A DNA stretch of 64,000 nucleotides. It comes from Octopus sinensis (taxonomy: Eukaryota). Within the stretch, counting starts at the first letter, position 1, and each line of letters begins with the position of its first letter. The notes beneath the pieces are model-generated. The model saw only the letters and a list, made by a program, of their open reading frames with translations. It had not been told where the DNA came from and made no database searches. The position numbers and the translations under genes were made by a program. The stretch spans positions 4,030,001-4,094,000 of the forward strand of contig NC_043016.1 in assembly GCF_006345805.1 (NCBI RefSeq), read 5' to 3'. This document shows positions 26,190 through 39,484 of this stretch, in pieces.

Positions 26190-26400
26190 AGACAAAAGTA
26201 ATGAATGTGAAACATGTGGAATAGTCTGTCTTTCTCTTGCTGGTTTCAAGAGCCACATGAGTGGGTATGATGATATGAAGTAGGTACAGTATCGCCAACA
26301 ATTTATTCTGAAGTGCAACATGTGTGGCAAAGTGATGAGATTGAAAGCTGGCACAAAAAGTCATCTGTGAAGTCATGCAAGGAAAATGGCTCAAGATGAA
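26190..26400 (+). pseudogene. Decayed pair of C2H2 zinc fingers, probably a retroelement C-terminus
   Basis: One frame with two stops: CETCGIVCLSLAGFKSHMSGY ... CNMCGKVMRLKAGTKSHL*SH. Confidence 0.5.
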
Positions 26401-28169
26401 ATTCCAAGATGTCATACAAGAGAGGATGAGTTGACAACTAATAATGTATGTATGTACATAGATGTATGCTTATTTGAGAGTGGCTGTCTATTTGTTCAGT
26501 CAGTAAATAATATTGACATACTTGTGCTTTCTAATCAACTCAGAATTGGTTGTCTTAGAATCTGGTTGCTTAAGAGAACAAACGAGTTTAAAATATGTCC
26601 ATCAGTCTAATAGAGGGTACTGTGAACTTACTATGGTGTTTTAAAACCTTTTTTTTTATCTTAAGCAAAAACTTTTTTCTCCATGATCAACTGCGTGTGA
26701 AAATCCTTTATAGGTTCATATATCTCTCAAACTGATTTTAAGCTTGTATACGTACCATCACTGCTTTTTGTATTTATTCGCATAAAAGACATGGGATAGA
26801 ATGGTTATTGCAAATACCAAAACCTTTCCTCATGAAGACTGTTATTACACAAAGTATGTTAGTAGCCAGTGACTTCTGCAGACACAGAAAAGAAAGACAG
26901 CATAGAGAGAGGAAGGTTTGAAAATTACAAGTTCCAACAATCAAGAATAGAGAAATTGTAACTGGCGCACATGAATATAGATAAGTAGATTTAAATATGT
27001 GTAACAAAGACATCAACTGGGAATTTTTATGAAATAACCTTCTTAGGGCTACAAATCTAATAATGTGACTGGAGTAAAATCCTAGTCAAACCAAAAGTAA
27101 CATGATTCTAGAATTAGAAAGATGGCAGGGAAGTTAAAGCCAAGATACAGTCTGAGATAGACTGGAAGGATGATGATAGTAAGGAGCACTACATAATGAC
27201 TGCATTGTCTGTTAATTACTTAATCAACCATTTCTTTTGCTGAATAAAAGCAATGTTTTTAAAGACAAAGTCATTGCATGTGGCCAGTGTCAACAGCCTG
27301 AATGATTATTTTAGAAAAATAGTTTAAAAATCATGTTTCACAGCATCACTTACCAAACATTTTGGTCCACAAATAAATGTTGAAGTTTGACCGCTTAGCT
27401 TAAGATTCCATTATGTGAATTTTGGTATCTTTTGTATTGGAGTAAATTTGGTAATTCAGGTCGGTCTTAACTAATTCTCTGATTTGGAGAAATTATAAGC
27501 TATTTATAAGAGTTTAAACATATTAAACAATAAGACTAATTAAGCTGTAAGGGTAATTGTGAACAAGTTTTATTTATATGTTTATTCATTGTCTGCAAAA
27601 AGATTTTATCACATTTATCAGGTTATAAAAACTGAGCTAATAACATTTGTTTTAGGATAGAATATTGTTTCAAATTTTTTAACAGCAAATCCATGTTGAT
27701 TGAGATATAGAAAAACATATCAAAATTTGATAGAATTGATCCTAGAACTTGTGTATGGTTAGTTCCAAGTTAGTACTGATTACTGCAGGTCTGTAATCAA
27801 AAATATTGTGTACCTTCAAAGTTATTGTTCAGATATAGTTTATTTGGGACTATATTGTCCAATGTATCCTTTCAGTTTAACTTGAATATAGTAATTTTAT
27901 GAAAAGGGTTCCACTTACTATAGCCATAACTTCTTTTTTTATTACCTTGATCACATTATCCCTATGTGTTATTCTTTGTCGTTTAAACTCAGGTTAGTTT
28001 TGATTGAGCAGACCTATGAACAGTGGGGTTCCTGTTATGTATTTTGTTTTCAAGACAGTAGGTGTTCTCAGGTGTTCTGTTTTTAAGAGTTGTTATTTGT
28101 TTTTAAGTCAGCAGGTGTTCCAATGTATTTTTTTAAGACAGTAAGTGATCCCTCCTCCTCATCGTCCTT

Positions 28170-29410
28170 CTCTTGTATGGTTGTTGTGATGATGACAAAT
28201 GCCTGTGTACCTCAGTAACTTTGGTATGTCCTTGATTTCATGTTATGTATCTGTGCTAATAATTTCATGTTATGTATCTGTGCTAATAATGCCAATGTAG
28301 TGTGAGGTTTTCAACCTTTATATAGTCTGCAGAAATATAACATCACATTTGGCCTGAGTTTCAACTTGATAGTGTGACCAGCAGAGCCTAGTTTACATTG
28401 AGTGAAAATTATAAAGATGAGTGAAATGTGTCCATAAATCTCTATGTTCTTGTGCTTGTGATATGAAATGCTTTCAGCTCTTAAGAGAAGCCTGGTATAC
28501 TTACTACTAAAGGGATCTTGAAACCTCTTCAATTTTTAGCTCCACACAGAAGAATACTTTCTATATCCTTGTTGACTTTGAAATACTTCACTGTCAGATG
28601 TTTGGGAGCTTGTTACAAGCACTTCAGGCTTGTCTCTTGCACGATAGAGAGTTTTCCTTACGATCAGCAACATAGGATCCAAGGTGCTTGAAGTTGCTGA
28701 CAGTTTTGTATTGTTTATCATTGTTGGAATAAATTGGTGGACAGCTTTTGATAATCATGTAGTTGGTTTTTCCTTGCATGAAGAAACAGGCTAATTTTGG
28801 TTGAACCATTCTCAAGTGATATCAACAAGTTTTATGCATCACACACTTAAGCAGCAAAGGAAAGGTTATCAGTGTAGTTAAAATCAAAGCATTAAAGTTT
28901 TACAAATATTTTGATGATGAAGTTTTTGTATTTGGTTGGGATCAAGACTTTGCTTAAGTCTCTCACAGTCACAAAAAGAAAAGGCGCTTGGGTGTCTCTT
29001 TCAGGATTTCTGCTTTTGATGGACTGTTTCTGTTCTGCTGAGTGCTTGATGGGTTTTCATTCATGATGGTAATAGTTTTGATAATCTCATGTGGAGTACC
29101 TCAGTTCAACAAAATTTTTAACATAGCTATTATGTCAATACTATTAAATGTCATGTATGTCTATACAGCAATACAAGCATTTGGAGATTTCCTCTTTTGT
29201 GAATCTGCTAAGGCAATGATCTGCAGTGGTGTTGGGCTTTCATTGCAGAAGCCATTTTAGTTGTCTCATGTTATAGAATGGGATTGATATGAAGAGCAAT
29301 TCTATTAAGGAGAATAGGTTTGAAAATTTGGTGGTTTGAGCTGAAAAGGTAATTGCTCAGTAGTTTTCTGGTAACTGGAGGTCATTTTCTTTTGGTAGTG
29401 GAGTGTGTGT
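28170..29410 (-). mobile_element. Decayed RTE-superfamily (RTE-X-like) reverse transcriptase
   Basis: Minus remnants in order: PLPKENDL..NY*AIT, FNSIDIIAMLKIL..GTP, VSNFKHLGS, SACNKLPNI; 27-bp tandem duplication near 28234-28290. Confidence 0.65.
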
Positions 29411-29867
29411 GTGGGAAAAGTAGCAGGTGATGCTAAACTGTACAACAACTTTACAACTGTAGTACACTTTCTGTGACAGGCTTGAGGATAAGAATTGCAA
29501 TTCTGTATATGAGTTCATAACTACTACTGCCAACAGAGATTGCTTGCAAAGAAAAGAAGACTCTCATCTTTGCTCCTAATGAGAAAGTAATAAAAACTCC
29601 GTAAGGTTTGAGGAAAGCAGTGCAAAAACACCAATCTAGGTCAACTAGGAATACTAAAGGGAACCTTGATTCAGCTAAAGTTACACCTGATGAAGTTATA
29701 GCGGGTTACTTTTTCATAGACACCAGGTTTTCTACAACAGTTATACTAGTTGAAATAATTGTTATTTGAAGGCTGCTTATTTTACACTCACTTACGAGTG
29801 TATATTTTAATTGTAGGATGGGAATATTATAAACTTTTTCTGATCACATGTTGCCAGATGGTTGCTA

Positions 29868-30942
29868 CCCTTTCATTACCAAACCGCCCAAAGCTGCCCG
29901 AAAAAAATTTTGGTTCATGTGACCAAGCCGCCCAAACCCGCCCGTATTTACCTATCATATGTAAATGAGAATATCAGAGCAAATCTCTTTAGTACATTCG
30001 TGAAAACACGTGATTATACTTCGTAAACAGTTCATCTACAGTTTTGTACAACGATTGAAGTGCAATTTTAATTCCGTGAATTTTGGGAGATTTTTTCCCG
30101 AAATTTGTTCCTACTGTGTTTTCAAAATTTGTAATTCTGACAAAAAATGGATACGAATTTCATTATATCAAGCAGTGAGTCAGAATTCGAAGGATTTTCT
30201 ACTGAAGACCTTGATAAATCTGACTGAAAAAAAAAAGCGCGTGGTATTTGATAATGAATCTGATGTTTCATTTTCCGAAAGTGAAAACAGTGAATCCGAG
30301 AGCTCCGACAGCGATAAAGAAAATGAATTGGCACCTGAATGGAGTGAAAATTTAAAAACTGTTTCTTTCGGTGATTTTTCTGAAGAAACTGGACCAAGCC
30401 ACAGACTTTCCCAGGAGAGTAAAGCCTTAGACTATTTCTTTTTACTTTTTCAAATGAGCCTATTTGAAATCATTACGGCGGAAACGAACCGTTACGCTAA
30501 ATGTAAACAAAGCAAAAGAAAGGATAGTTTGTGGTTTCCACAACCTTAAATGAAATTAAGACTATTTTGCCATAAATATTATTATGGGTATCAGAAAGTT
30601 ACCCAGAATAACAAATTCTATTGTAAAATTTTGTTGTATACCAATTGAATATTAGCTAATAACCCATTTTCTATAGCAATGTTTGAACAAAATTTTGATA
30701 ATTTATATTTTGTTGAATTTACCTGTATCTACCTGCAATTAGAGTCACTTTGTGACAAAAATTATAGTATAGAATTGGTTGAGAACATTTCATTAAATTA
30801 TCTTCCAAAAATCACATTAATATATTGATAAATAAAAAAGTTATAGTTGTTTAATGAAACCAGACTAAATTTATGGTTATGTTAGAAATTAATTGAAACA
30901 CATAAGGGGTGTATTTTGGTCAGAAATATAGTATCAAAAGGG
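29868..30942 (+). mobile_element. Internally deleted piggyBac element
   Basis: Imperfect TIRs CCCTTTCATTACCA / CCCTTTTGATACTA(rc); TTAA at 30943-30946 (left flank gcta); N-terminal transposase remnant. Confidence 0.7.
30230..30620 (+). pseudogene. piggyBac (PGBD4-like) transposase N-terminal remnant
   Basis: Acidic SESENSESESSDSD tract, then F.EETGP...ALDYFFLLF...IITAETNRYA...W, frameshift, then IIMGIRKLP; catalytic domain missing. Confidence 0.75.
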
Positions 30943-31879
30943 TTAAAGGGATCTGGCAGACAACAAGGTCCCTAATTTACTGTTGGGCACAGGCAAACGT
31001 TCTGATTATGCATTCCAGTCTGACCATATCAATATCATTATTTTAACATCCACTTTTCCATGGGTCAAATGGAGTTTTCTTCAACCATGTGTACTTCACT
31101 TCTTCTGATCAATCCTCACTTGTTTCCATACGATATTTCCCCATGATCAGACATGCTTTCGTAGAATATTGAAAATGAGTGATGTTTAGAAAAGGAAGCA
31201 CAAACATACAGACTTATGCTCTCCCCCCTCTCTCCCTCTCTCTATATATATGTGTGTGTGTGTGTACATGTATATGATGGACTTGTTTCAGTTTCAACGA
31301 TTATGATAAAGGTAGTTGCCTCACTGTGAGATTCAACTCAAACTGTGTGCTTAAGAAGCAAGCTTCTCAGCTGCACAGCCAAACCTGCACCTATATAGTG
31401 TGTGTGGGCACACACACACACACACACATACATGCATACACATGCTATATAGATGGGTTTTGTGAACATATTACAGAAAGGCTCCAAAAAAGCTCTGTCT
31501 TTGAGAAAAACAGATTTGATTTTCAAAATCTGCATCTCAACAACAAGGTGTTTGGTTGTAATAAATCAAAAGATATAGTTTGCCATGAGAAATAATTCAA
31601 CTTTTAGGTTTGTCAAATATACCAACCTACATATGCCTCTATCTGGCTCTCCTTTCTCTCTATGTTTACCACTCTCTTTATCATTCTCTCACTGTATGTG
31701 TATATCTCTCACACATGCTGCTCTTGCTGACACATAATTGCTCTCATTTTCTTTAAAATCTCCTCATAGTTTTCTTTCATTTTGTGATAGCAATCACACT
31801 GAAATTGCTACCTTTCAAACCCTGATATTTCTGATTGGTTCAAAATTACCAAATTTAAACCTCTTTTCTTTTTTTTCTT

Positions 31880-32202
31880 CTTTTCTTTTACTTGTTTCAG
31901 TCATTTGACTGCGGCCATGCTGGAGCACCGCCTTTAGTCGAGCAAATTGATCCTGGGACTTATTCTTCGTAAGCCCAGTTCTTATTCTATCGGTCTCTTT
32001 TTGCCGAACCGCTAAGTGACAGGGACGTAAACACACCAGCATCGGTTGTCAAGCAATGATAGGGGGACAAACACAGACACACAAACACACACACATACAT
32101 ACATATACATATACACGACGGGCTTCTTTCAGTTTCTGTCTACCAAATCCCCTCACAAGGCATTGGTTGGCCCGGGGCTATAGCAGAAGACGCTTGCCCA
32201 AG
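31880..32202 (-). mobile_element. SINE family A, young copy lacking the head
   Basis: cttgtttcagtcatttgactgcggccatgctggagcaccgcc...ctttcagtttctgtctacc. Confidence 0.85.
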
Positions 32203-32617
32203 AGAAAATTTTTCTAGAATAAATGAATTACAATGTTGGATTCAGTGTGAAAAAGTACTTCAATGTACCAATTTTGAAAATTCTCACTTAATTTAAAATT
32301 TCAAACTCTGTGACTTATTTCTGTATATGTATATCACTGATGCCAAGTGTGTCTATGTTTGTTGTGTGTGTGTTTGTGTGCCAATGTGTGTGTGTGTATG
32401 CATGTGTGTAAAGAATTTCATTAGGGCAACAGAATAAAAAAAGCCTCACAAAGCTTCTGCATTGAGCTAAAAAAGAAAAAAGAATCTTTACATCTCTGCA
32501 ACAGATAGAAAAACAAAAGCTTAGTTAATCGATGCATTATATAAATTGCCCCAAATAATGCACAAAACTGTCCTGATCATGAGGCCAATGAAGAAGACAT
32601 CGTCTGACATCATATGC

Positions 32618-32651
<34 letters not shown>

Positions 32652-32654
<3 letters not shown>

Positions 32655-32969
32655 GGTGCATGGCTCAGTAAGAACTTTGGGTTCACATTCATGAAGTAGT
32701 GGATTCAATTCCCAGACCAGGCTATGTGTTGTGTTGTTGGGTAAGACACTTTATTTCTTATTTCTTCACAAATCCCAACAATTGTATCTATGCATTTGTA
32801 AAAGCTGATTTTCCCCTTAACTTATCTGATGACATGCAGGTGCACTACGGCTGGTGGGTCATATTCATTTATATAATACTTCATATTGTATTATATTACA
32901 TGGGGAAACTCAGCAGCTAACAACTGTTGCCAATGCTCAGAATTGTGAGTAGAGTAGAGACTAAAGCCT
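32652..32969 (+). mobile_element. SINE family B, decayed
   Basis: gaaggtgcatggctcagt...taagacactttattt, immediately after (TA)n. Confidence 0.6.
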
Positions 32970-33069
32970 NNNNNNNNNNNNNNNNNNNNNNNNNNNNNNN
33001 NNNNNNNNNNNNNNNNNNNNNNNNNNNNNNNNNNNNNNNNNNNNNNNNNNNNNNNNNNNNNNNNNNNNN
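32970..33069. other. Assembly gap (100 N)
   Basis: Run of N. Confidence 1.
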
Positions 33070-34994
33070 CTACACATAGCCAGATTCTTTTTATTCATAT
33101 TATTTTTGAAGTTGAATCAAATGACTACGTTCCAATTTCTAAAATATCATCTTTGATTACCTGCTCCACATGATGCTGTTGAATTCTATTTTGTCTTTTC
33201 TACCATCAATATAATTTTTAATGACATATTTCTCAAACAGAGCAATATATACACTTTTATCATTTAAATCTGATTCTCTTTACTGCTATAGTTTCAGCAT
33301 TTTCATGAAACTTATCCATTTCAACTTTGTACTAATGTCATATGTGAGTTTTACAGTCTTTTAGTTTGATGTAACCACTTCATTTATCATCTGTTCCTGT
33401 GTCCCCTACAATAGCTATTGTCCATTATGTATATGTCTGTATTAGAGAAATTACTTTCCTTGCATTCCATGGCTTTTGAGCTTGTAAAAAAGGAAAGAAT
33501 TTTTTTTCCAGCTGTCTTCCGTTCCAATCTAAGTTAGTAATATTGCATGTGTACCAGTATGTTGCAAATTTATTTCTGTTCAAAGTTCAGCTCTTACTTA
33601 CATAGCCCCAAATGTTTTATAGTGACATTATTTGACTTTAAAGAGATTGTTAGGTAATGTGTGTACAGTTTTGTTTATCACAAACATCAAAATGAAGCTT
33701 AAACAAGCTCATCTTTAACAGCTGGTTTGATGATAACCAAAGATATTTAGGAAAGATAAGTTCAGATTCTACTGGTATTTCTTATTGAACAATTACAAGA
33801 AAATGATTCATAGATTATATTTTATAAAATACATGCAAAACATATGGAAAATGGCTTCATATATCTACTACTTTAAAAATATATTGTTTCTGCACTCTCT
33901 TCTACACTTTCTCTTCAGAAATAGATCTTATGAATGTTTTTATTTTTTTTTTCTCGTTAGTATTTTTATTAGTATTTACATTAGTATTTTTATTTCAATT
34001 TTTTAAAATATTTTTTAATCAAAGAGGGAAATACAATTCTGTTTTCTCTCTTTACTCCTCCTCTTCCCTCTTGAAGATTAATCAGGATGACAACACAAAG
34101 TTACTAATGTCCAGTTTCAACCAAACTGTTATAAGATGGAAGACACAGAACAGAAACAGATTCCAGTGGTCTTAACTCTCAGAAAAAAGTGTAGATTAAT
34201 TTTTGGTGGAAGAATAACAGGTACACCAAATGAATCTGAGGTTCAAAAAGTTCTCTGAGGCATATACTTTAGTATTGATTGAATGAAGCAAATTATAGGA
34301 ACATTTCAGTGGAAGGCCATTGACTGATAATAAGTTGTGCTGAGAGGTTTTGCTTTTATGCCTATAAGATCAGTTAGTGAAACTGAGTAATTTTGTTGAC
34401 TTTTAGTGCTCTTTTCAGTTTCTCTCCTTGTAGTTTTATCCAGAGTGAGATTTGTTGCTCATTTATTTAATGCTTTTAAGTAACAAGATAGAAGCATTGG
34501 TTATACCAAACGAGAGAAAGCAGAGATAATAGTAGACAAAAAGATGAAGACTTTTCCAAACAGACATGAGGATTTGTATCCTATTCTAATCATAATATAT
34601 TTCACTTAATGTCTGTGAACTTGGAATAGAATAGTATTTAAAAAAAAATTTTTCTAAAGTTAGAAGAATGGAGCAATCTAGAGTAAAGTGTCTGTAGAGG
34701 CATTAATAGTTTGATGTGGGTTTGAAAGATGTCTGGTAGGTAGAGATAGCAATATTGATTAACAGATTTTCTTTTGACAAGATATCGGGTGTACAACCAC
34801 AGTTGCAGATAGTTGAAAGTTTTTGACATGGAGACAAATTATGTGAATTTAACAATTTTTGTTGTTGTTGTTGTATATCTTTATGTAATTTTGGATTTTG
34901 CTTACTTGCATCTATGTAAGGAGAAAATAAAATATATCTTCCCAACAAGCATACATTTGGGATGTGTTACATCTGTATCTTAGTTTATTTACAA

Positions 34995-35271
34995 CAGTGG
35001 TTCCCAAACTTTTTCAGGCATCTGCCCCCTTGGCACACAGACCACATTCCTAATGTCACCACCACAAATGTAGATCACTTTCTGTTGCAAATTTAAAACA
35101 ACAGTATTTCACAAATAAAACTTAACCTAATTGGCCCATTATTTTGTTGTTTTTACATTCATTGCCCCATTCTGCCCCCCCCCCCCTATTATCTCCCCAC
35201 TTTTCTTCAATGCCCACCTGGATCTTTCCACTGTTCCCAGGTGGCAGAACCACCCACTTTGGGAACCACTG
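34995..35271. mobile_element. hAT (Charlie-like) MITE with perfect TIR and 8-bp TSD
   Basis: TIR CAGTGGTTCCCAAA / TTTGGGAACCACTG; TSD ATTTACAA at 34987-34994 and 35272-35279. Confidence 0.9.
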
Positions 35272-35821
35272 ATTTACAATTGCCTCTTGAAATGCAAGAA
35301 CTCTCCAGTTGGTTATGCTCTCTTGGATCTTCTTTTTTTTTATCAATATGACCTTTTTCCGTCTCAGTATCTCAGAGTTAATTTAAGTCTTCATTCACCC
35401 TATTTTTTTACCCTTGCCTTGTGAATCCTAAATTGAGCCTGACTTTTCATTATTGATTAGTGTGTTTAATGATTTTAGCTTATGAAGAACCTAAATTTTT
35501 TTTCTTGCTCATGGTCAGAAATTTCAGTTCAAGTTAGATTAATATTCACAATCAACTTTGCTTTTTGTTCTCCCAAAGTTGATTTGACAAAGCATCACTC
35601 ATGGTACCGGTCAAATTATTCAATTATAAAATAGCCATGATGTGAAAGGAATCATATTTAAAAAAGGGACTTATAAAACATTGTCAGATATACTAATAAC
35701 AATATCTATTTCATACACAGTTTTTTAAAAATTATTTATGTTGTTTTTTTTATCTTCCAGTTGTACTTGATAACAGTTATATTGACTCTATCCCGGATTG
35801 TAATTTGTGATTATTTTATCA

Positions 35822-35989
35822 TAGGCACGTACATGGCTGTGTGATAAAAAGCTAGCTTCCCAACCACAAGGTTCCAGGGTTAGTCTCACTGTGTGTCACC
35901 TTTGGAAAGTATCTTCTAGTATAGCCCTGGCTGACCAAAGCCTTGTGAGTGGATTTGGTAGACAGAAACTGAAAGAAGCCCCTTGTGTG

Positions 35990-36020
<31 letters not shown>

Positions 36021-36210
36021 CCCTCTACTGCTTGACAACTGATGTTGGTGTGTTTATGTCCCCATAATTTAGTGGTTCTGTAAATAGAACCTGAAAGAAT
36101 AAGTACCAGGTTTAAAATAAGGACTGGGGGGGGGGGTTGATTTATTTGACCAAAATTCTTCAAGGTGGTACCCCAGCATGCCTGCAGCATGAAAACTGGA
36201 AGAAGTCAAA
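35822..36210 (+). mobile_element. SINE family A
   Basis: Head, core and tail motifs as at 1545. Confidence 0.8.
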
Positions 36211-36319
36211 GAAAAGATATACGTTCTATCATGTGCAAATTTTTAGCTGTTGTACTGTTAATAATCATCTTGTGTTTGTCCCATTCTGATTATTTACGTT
36301 CATATTTTGGAAAGGTAGA

Positions 36320-37188
36320 TTTATGATGTTTGTGTGCAAACAGCTATGTTAAATGGCAGTGAAACATGGGCTGTGACAGCCGAGGATATGCGTAGGCTTG
36401 AAATAAATAAAGCCAGTATGTTTTACTGGATGTGCAATGTCAGTGTGCATACATGACAGAGTGTAAGTACCTTGAGAGAAAAGTTAGACATAAGAGGCAT
36501 CAGATGTGATGTGCAAGAAAGATGACTGTGCTGGTGTGGTCCTGTGATGCATATGGACAAGGACAGCTGTGTAAAGAGGTGCTCATCTCTAACTGTGGAG
36601 GGAAGTTGTCATAGAGGTAGACCTAGGAAGACATGGGACGAAGTGGTGAAACATGATCTTCAACCTTTGAGCCTCACAGAAGCAATGACTAGTGACAGAT
36701 CTTTGGCAATATACTGTGCTTGAGTAGAAGACCCATCAAGGCAAGCAAAATCATAGTCATGGCTGATGCTGGTGCCATGTAACTGGCACTTGTGCTGGTG
36801 GCACGTAAAGAGCACCTTTTGAGTGTTGGGCCTCACAGAGGCTAATGGCTGAGTTCCTTTTGAACAGTGGTCCGCATGGAGACAAAGTGGCTGAGTTCCT
36901 TTTGAGCAATGGGCCTCACAGAGGCAATGACCAAGACCTTTGGCATGTCATGCTTGAGAAGAAAACCCATCAAGCTGAGCAAAATCGTGGAAGGCACTGG
37001 CATCATGCAAATGGTACCCATAAGCATCCATTACACTCTCAGAGTGGTTGGCATAAGGAAGGGCATCTAGCTGTAGAAAACAGCCAAATCACACGGGGTC
37101 TGGTGCAGCCTTCCAGCTTACCAGCTCTGATCAAACTGTCCAACCTATACCAGCATGGACAACGGATGTTAAATGATGATGATGATTT
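36320..37188 (+). mobile_element. 5'-truncated RTE LINE (C-terminal ORF, 3' UTR, (GAT)n tail)
   Basis: cagtgaaacatgggctgtgacagccgaggat (SETWAVTAED), LREKLDIRGIRC, RGRPRKTWDEVV; ends aaatgatgatgatga. Confidence 0.8.
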
Positions 37189-37942
37189 TTAAATTTTAGC
37201 ATTATGAGTTGATACTTATACATGTTAAATTATGTATTTACTTGAATCATTAGGAATCAGAAACTAACGGAGTGGATTTCCTCCCTGAACAAGAGAAAGT
37301 AGGCTATTTTGTTTTTATTATGAGAATTAGCTTTGCCAAGTTATGAACTGGAAACACCTTGTTTCACGATCCACTATTTTAACTGTCCACAATTGATAAC
37401 AATTAGATTGATCAATTATTTTGTTTATGAAATAGCCTCACTTCAAACTTATTGTTATCTTTAGTTTCTCAGAGCTACAGTTTTTAACTTCTTAGCAATT
37501 AGGTGATTCACAGAGAAAGCAAATAGGAAATTATCGCATTTATGGAATTTCTCCTAATATTAGCACAATGTATAATTAAGGCATGGCTTTTTGTTCTTTA
37601 TCATAATTATGTCTGTATAAATATCTATTTATAGTTTTATGTGTCTGTTTTCTGAGTGTGAATTTGTGTTTGTGTACACATCTAAACATACAAACACACA
37701 CACACACACACGTGTGTGTTTTAGTATTTTTTGTGTTTGTGTGTGTGTGTGTGAATTCCCAAATTTTCTTTTTCTCAATTAGTTTTAGCGGACTTCTCTT
37801 TAGTGTTAACATTTTCTGTTGAATTTTCTTGATAATATAAATTGTTGTAAAGAACTAAAACATTAGCATGATTATCTGGAGAAAAGTTTTAAAAGCTAAA
37901 AGGAATCAGTATGTTATTTCTGTTAATGTAATTTAAGCTTAC

Positions 37943-37965
37943 CTGTAGATTTCATAAGGAATAAG
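37943..37965 (-). other. Candidate 23-nt exon of an unidentified minus-strand transcript
   Basis: Minus strand ctttttttttctttttctggctgtttgtag|CTTATTCCTTATGAAATCTACAG|gtaagc: long polypyrimidine tract and consensus donor; reads LIPYEIY(R/S) or xLFLMKST. Confidence 0.35.
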
Positions 37966-39221
37966 CTACAAACAGCCAGAAAAAGAAAAAAAAAAGCCTT
38001 TTTTTTATTGTGATGTTTATGCATCCGTATCTGTTACAGGTTGCATTTAATTTATTACTAGCATCTTTCTTTTCTCATTTTTTTTTAGTGTATTCATTTT
38101 CTAGTTATTATTTTGTAGTAAATACTCATGCACAGTATTATTTTTTGTACAGATGCCTATTAACACTAAAGAGAAATTAAATCCTTCCTAAAATATTACT
38201 AATTTTCACAATCTGACCATAAGTAAAAATACTATAAACATTTGAATAAACACAGTTTATTTTAAAGTCTTCTGATGACTTGGCTTTTCACTTGAAAATT
38301 TTCAACTGGATATTAAAAGTGAAAGGTACAAGTGTTTGTAGATTACTCACGCATTCTTGAAAATCTGAGAAATTCATCTACTCTGTGATATTATTTAGCA
38401 ATTTATAAACAGGATTTTCCAATTGTTGGATTTCATCCTACTTGATGCTCTCACCATTTGCCACAATCAGGGCTTTATGAATAATGAATTATTAGTTGTA
38501 ATATTTGGAAAAATTCCCAGGAATTCTTTCTGCATGAAGAACATAAAATCAAGACCAGGTTAATATTATGTAGTGAACCAGAAAATAAATGTCTAATCAA
38601 TGTAATTTACACCAGCAATGCAAAAGGGTTAGCATTAATGAAGATGCTTGTCAAAGAAGGCAAGAGAACCATCTCCAAAGTTTAAAAATTAAATGAAGAT
38701 ATGTAGCAGGGAGTGTGTCTGGACATTTTTCAGCCTTTTTATGCCTACTTCATTATGTACATTAACTCTTACTTAATTAAATGTACTTTATGCAGAAGAT
38801 ATCTCAGGGGGGGCGGGAATGTTAATGTTGTTTTAAGAGTGTCCAGTCAATGAATCATTTCTCACCATCATTGTATTTTATCATGTATTTGTTCCATGCT
38901 TGCATGAATCAGATGAGAGAATGTTGGAATGGAGTCTTGCTGCTGCTAGATGCCCTTTCTGTTGCCAGCCCACACTTGTCTCTAAGTGAGGTGATAGTCT
39001 TCTTTCTATGAACAAACAATGTAGACATGTTTATTTGGAGAACTGGGAAATAAATGGCAATGTATCGATGAGCTTTTTGTTTACAAAAATCACACAGCCT
39101 AACAAGAGGTCTGCAAGTGAACAACACTCAGTAAACCATTGTTTACAATCACAAACCACTCACTCACTGTGTGTGTGTGTGTGTGTAATATATATATTTA
39201 CATATACACACACACACACAT

Positions 39222-39257
<36 letters not shown>

Positions 39258-39316
39258 CTATTGACCACACTCAATGTATGGGTTTTGCTTATTTGCTGGT
39301 TGGATGCAATATTGCA

Positions 39317-39484
39317 CAGTGAGGATAACTCCCTCAGAGTGCTGGGTATTAAACACCTGAAGGTTATGAACAAGTGAGACAATTTGCCCCAAATTCCATC
39401 GATGTCCATCATTCTTGATTGAGATTTAGGGCGAGTTGTTTTTCTTGTCTATGATGGGCTGTTTTGAGGGAGTTATTCCCACTG
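39317..39484. mobile_element. Tc1/mariner-type MITE, decayed
   Basis: ~20-bp imperfect TIR cagtgaggataactccctca / tgagggagttattcccactg; CA dinucleotide on both flanks. Confidence 0.55.

Noticed and set aside
34080-34221. Plus-strand segment with strong acceptor and MEDTEQKQIPVVLTLRKKCRLIFGGRIT before gtacac
   Set aside because: Weak donor, no recognisable homology and no supporting downstream exon.
38400-38680. Possible Tc1/pogo DDE remnant (FILLDA..., PGNS-like)
   Set aside because: Too degenerate and no TIRs identified.
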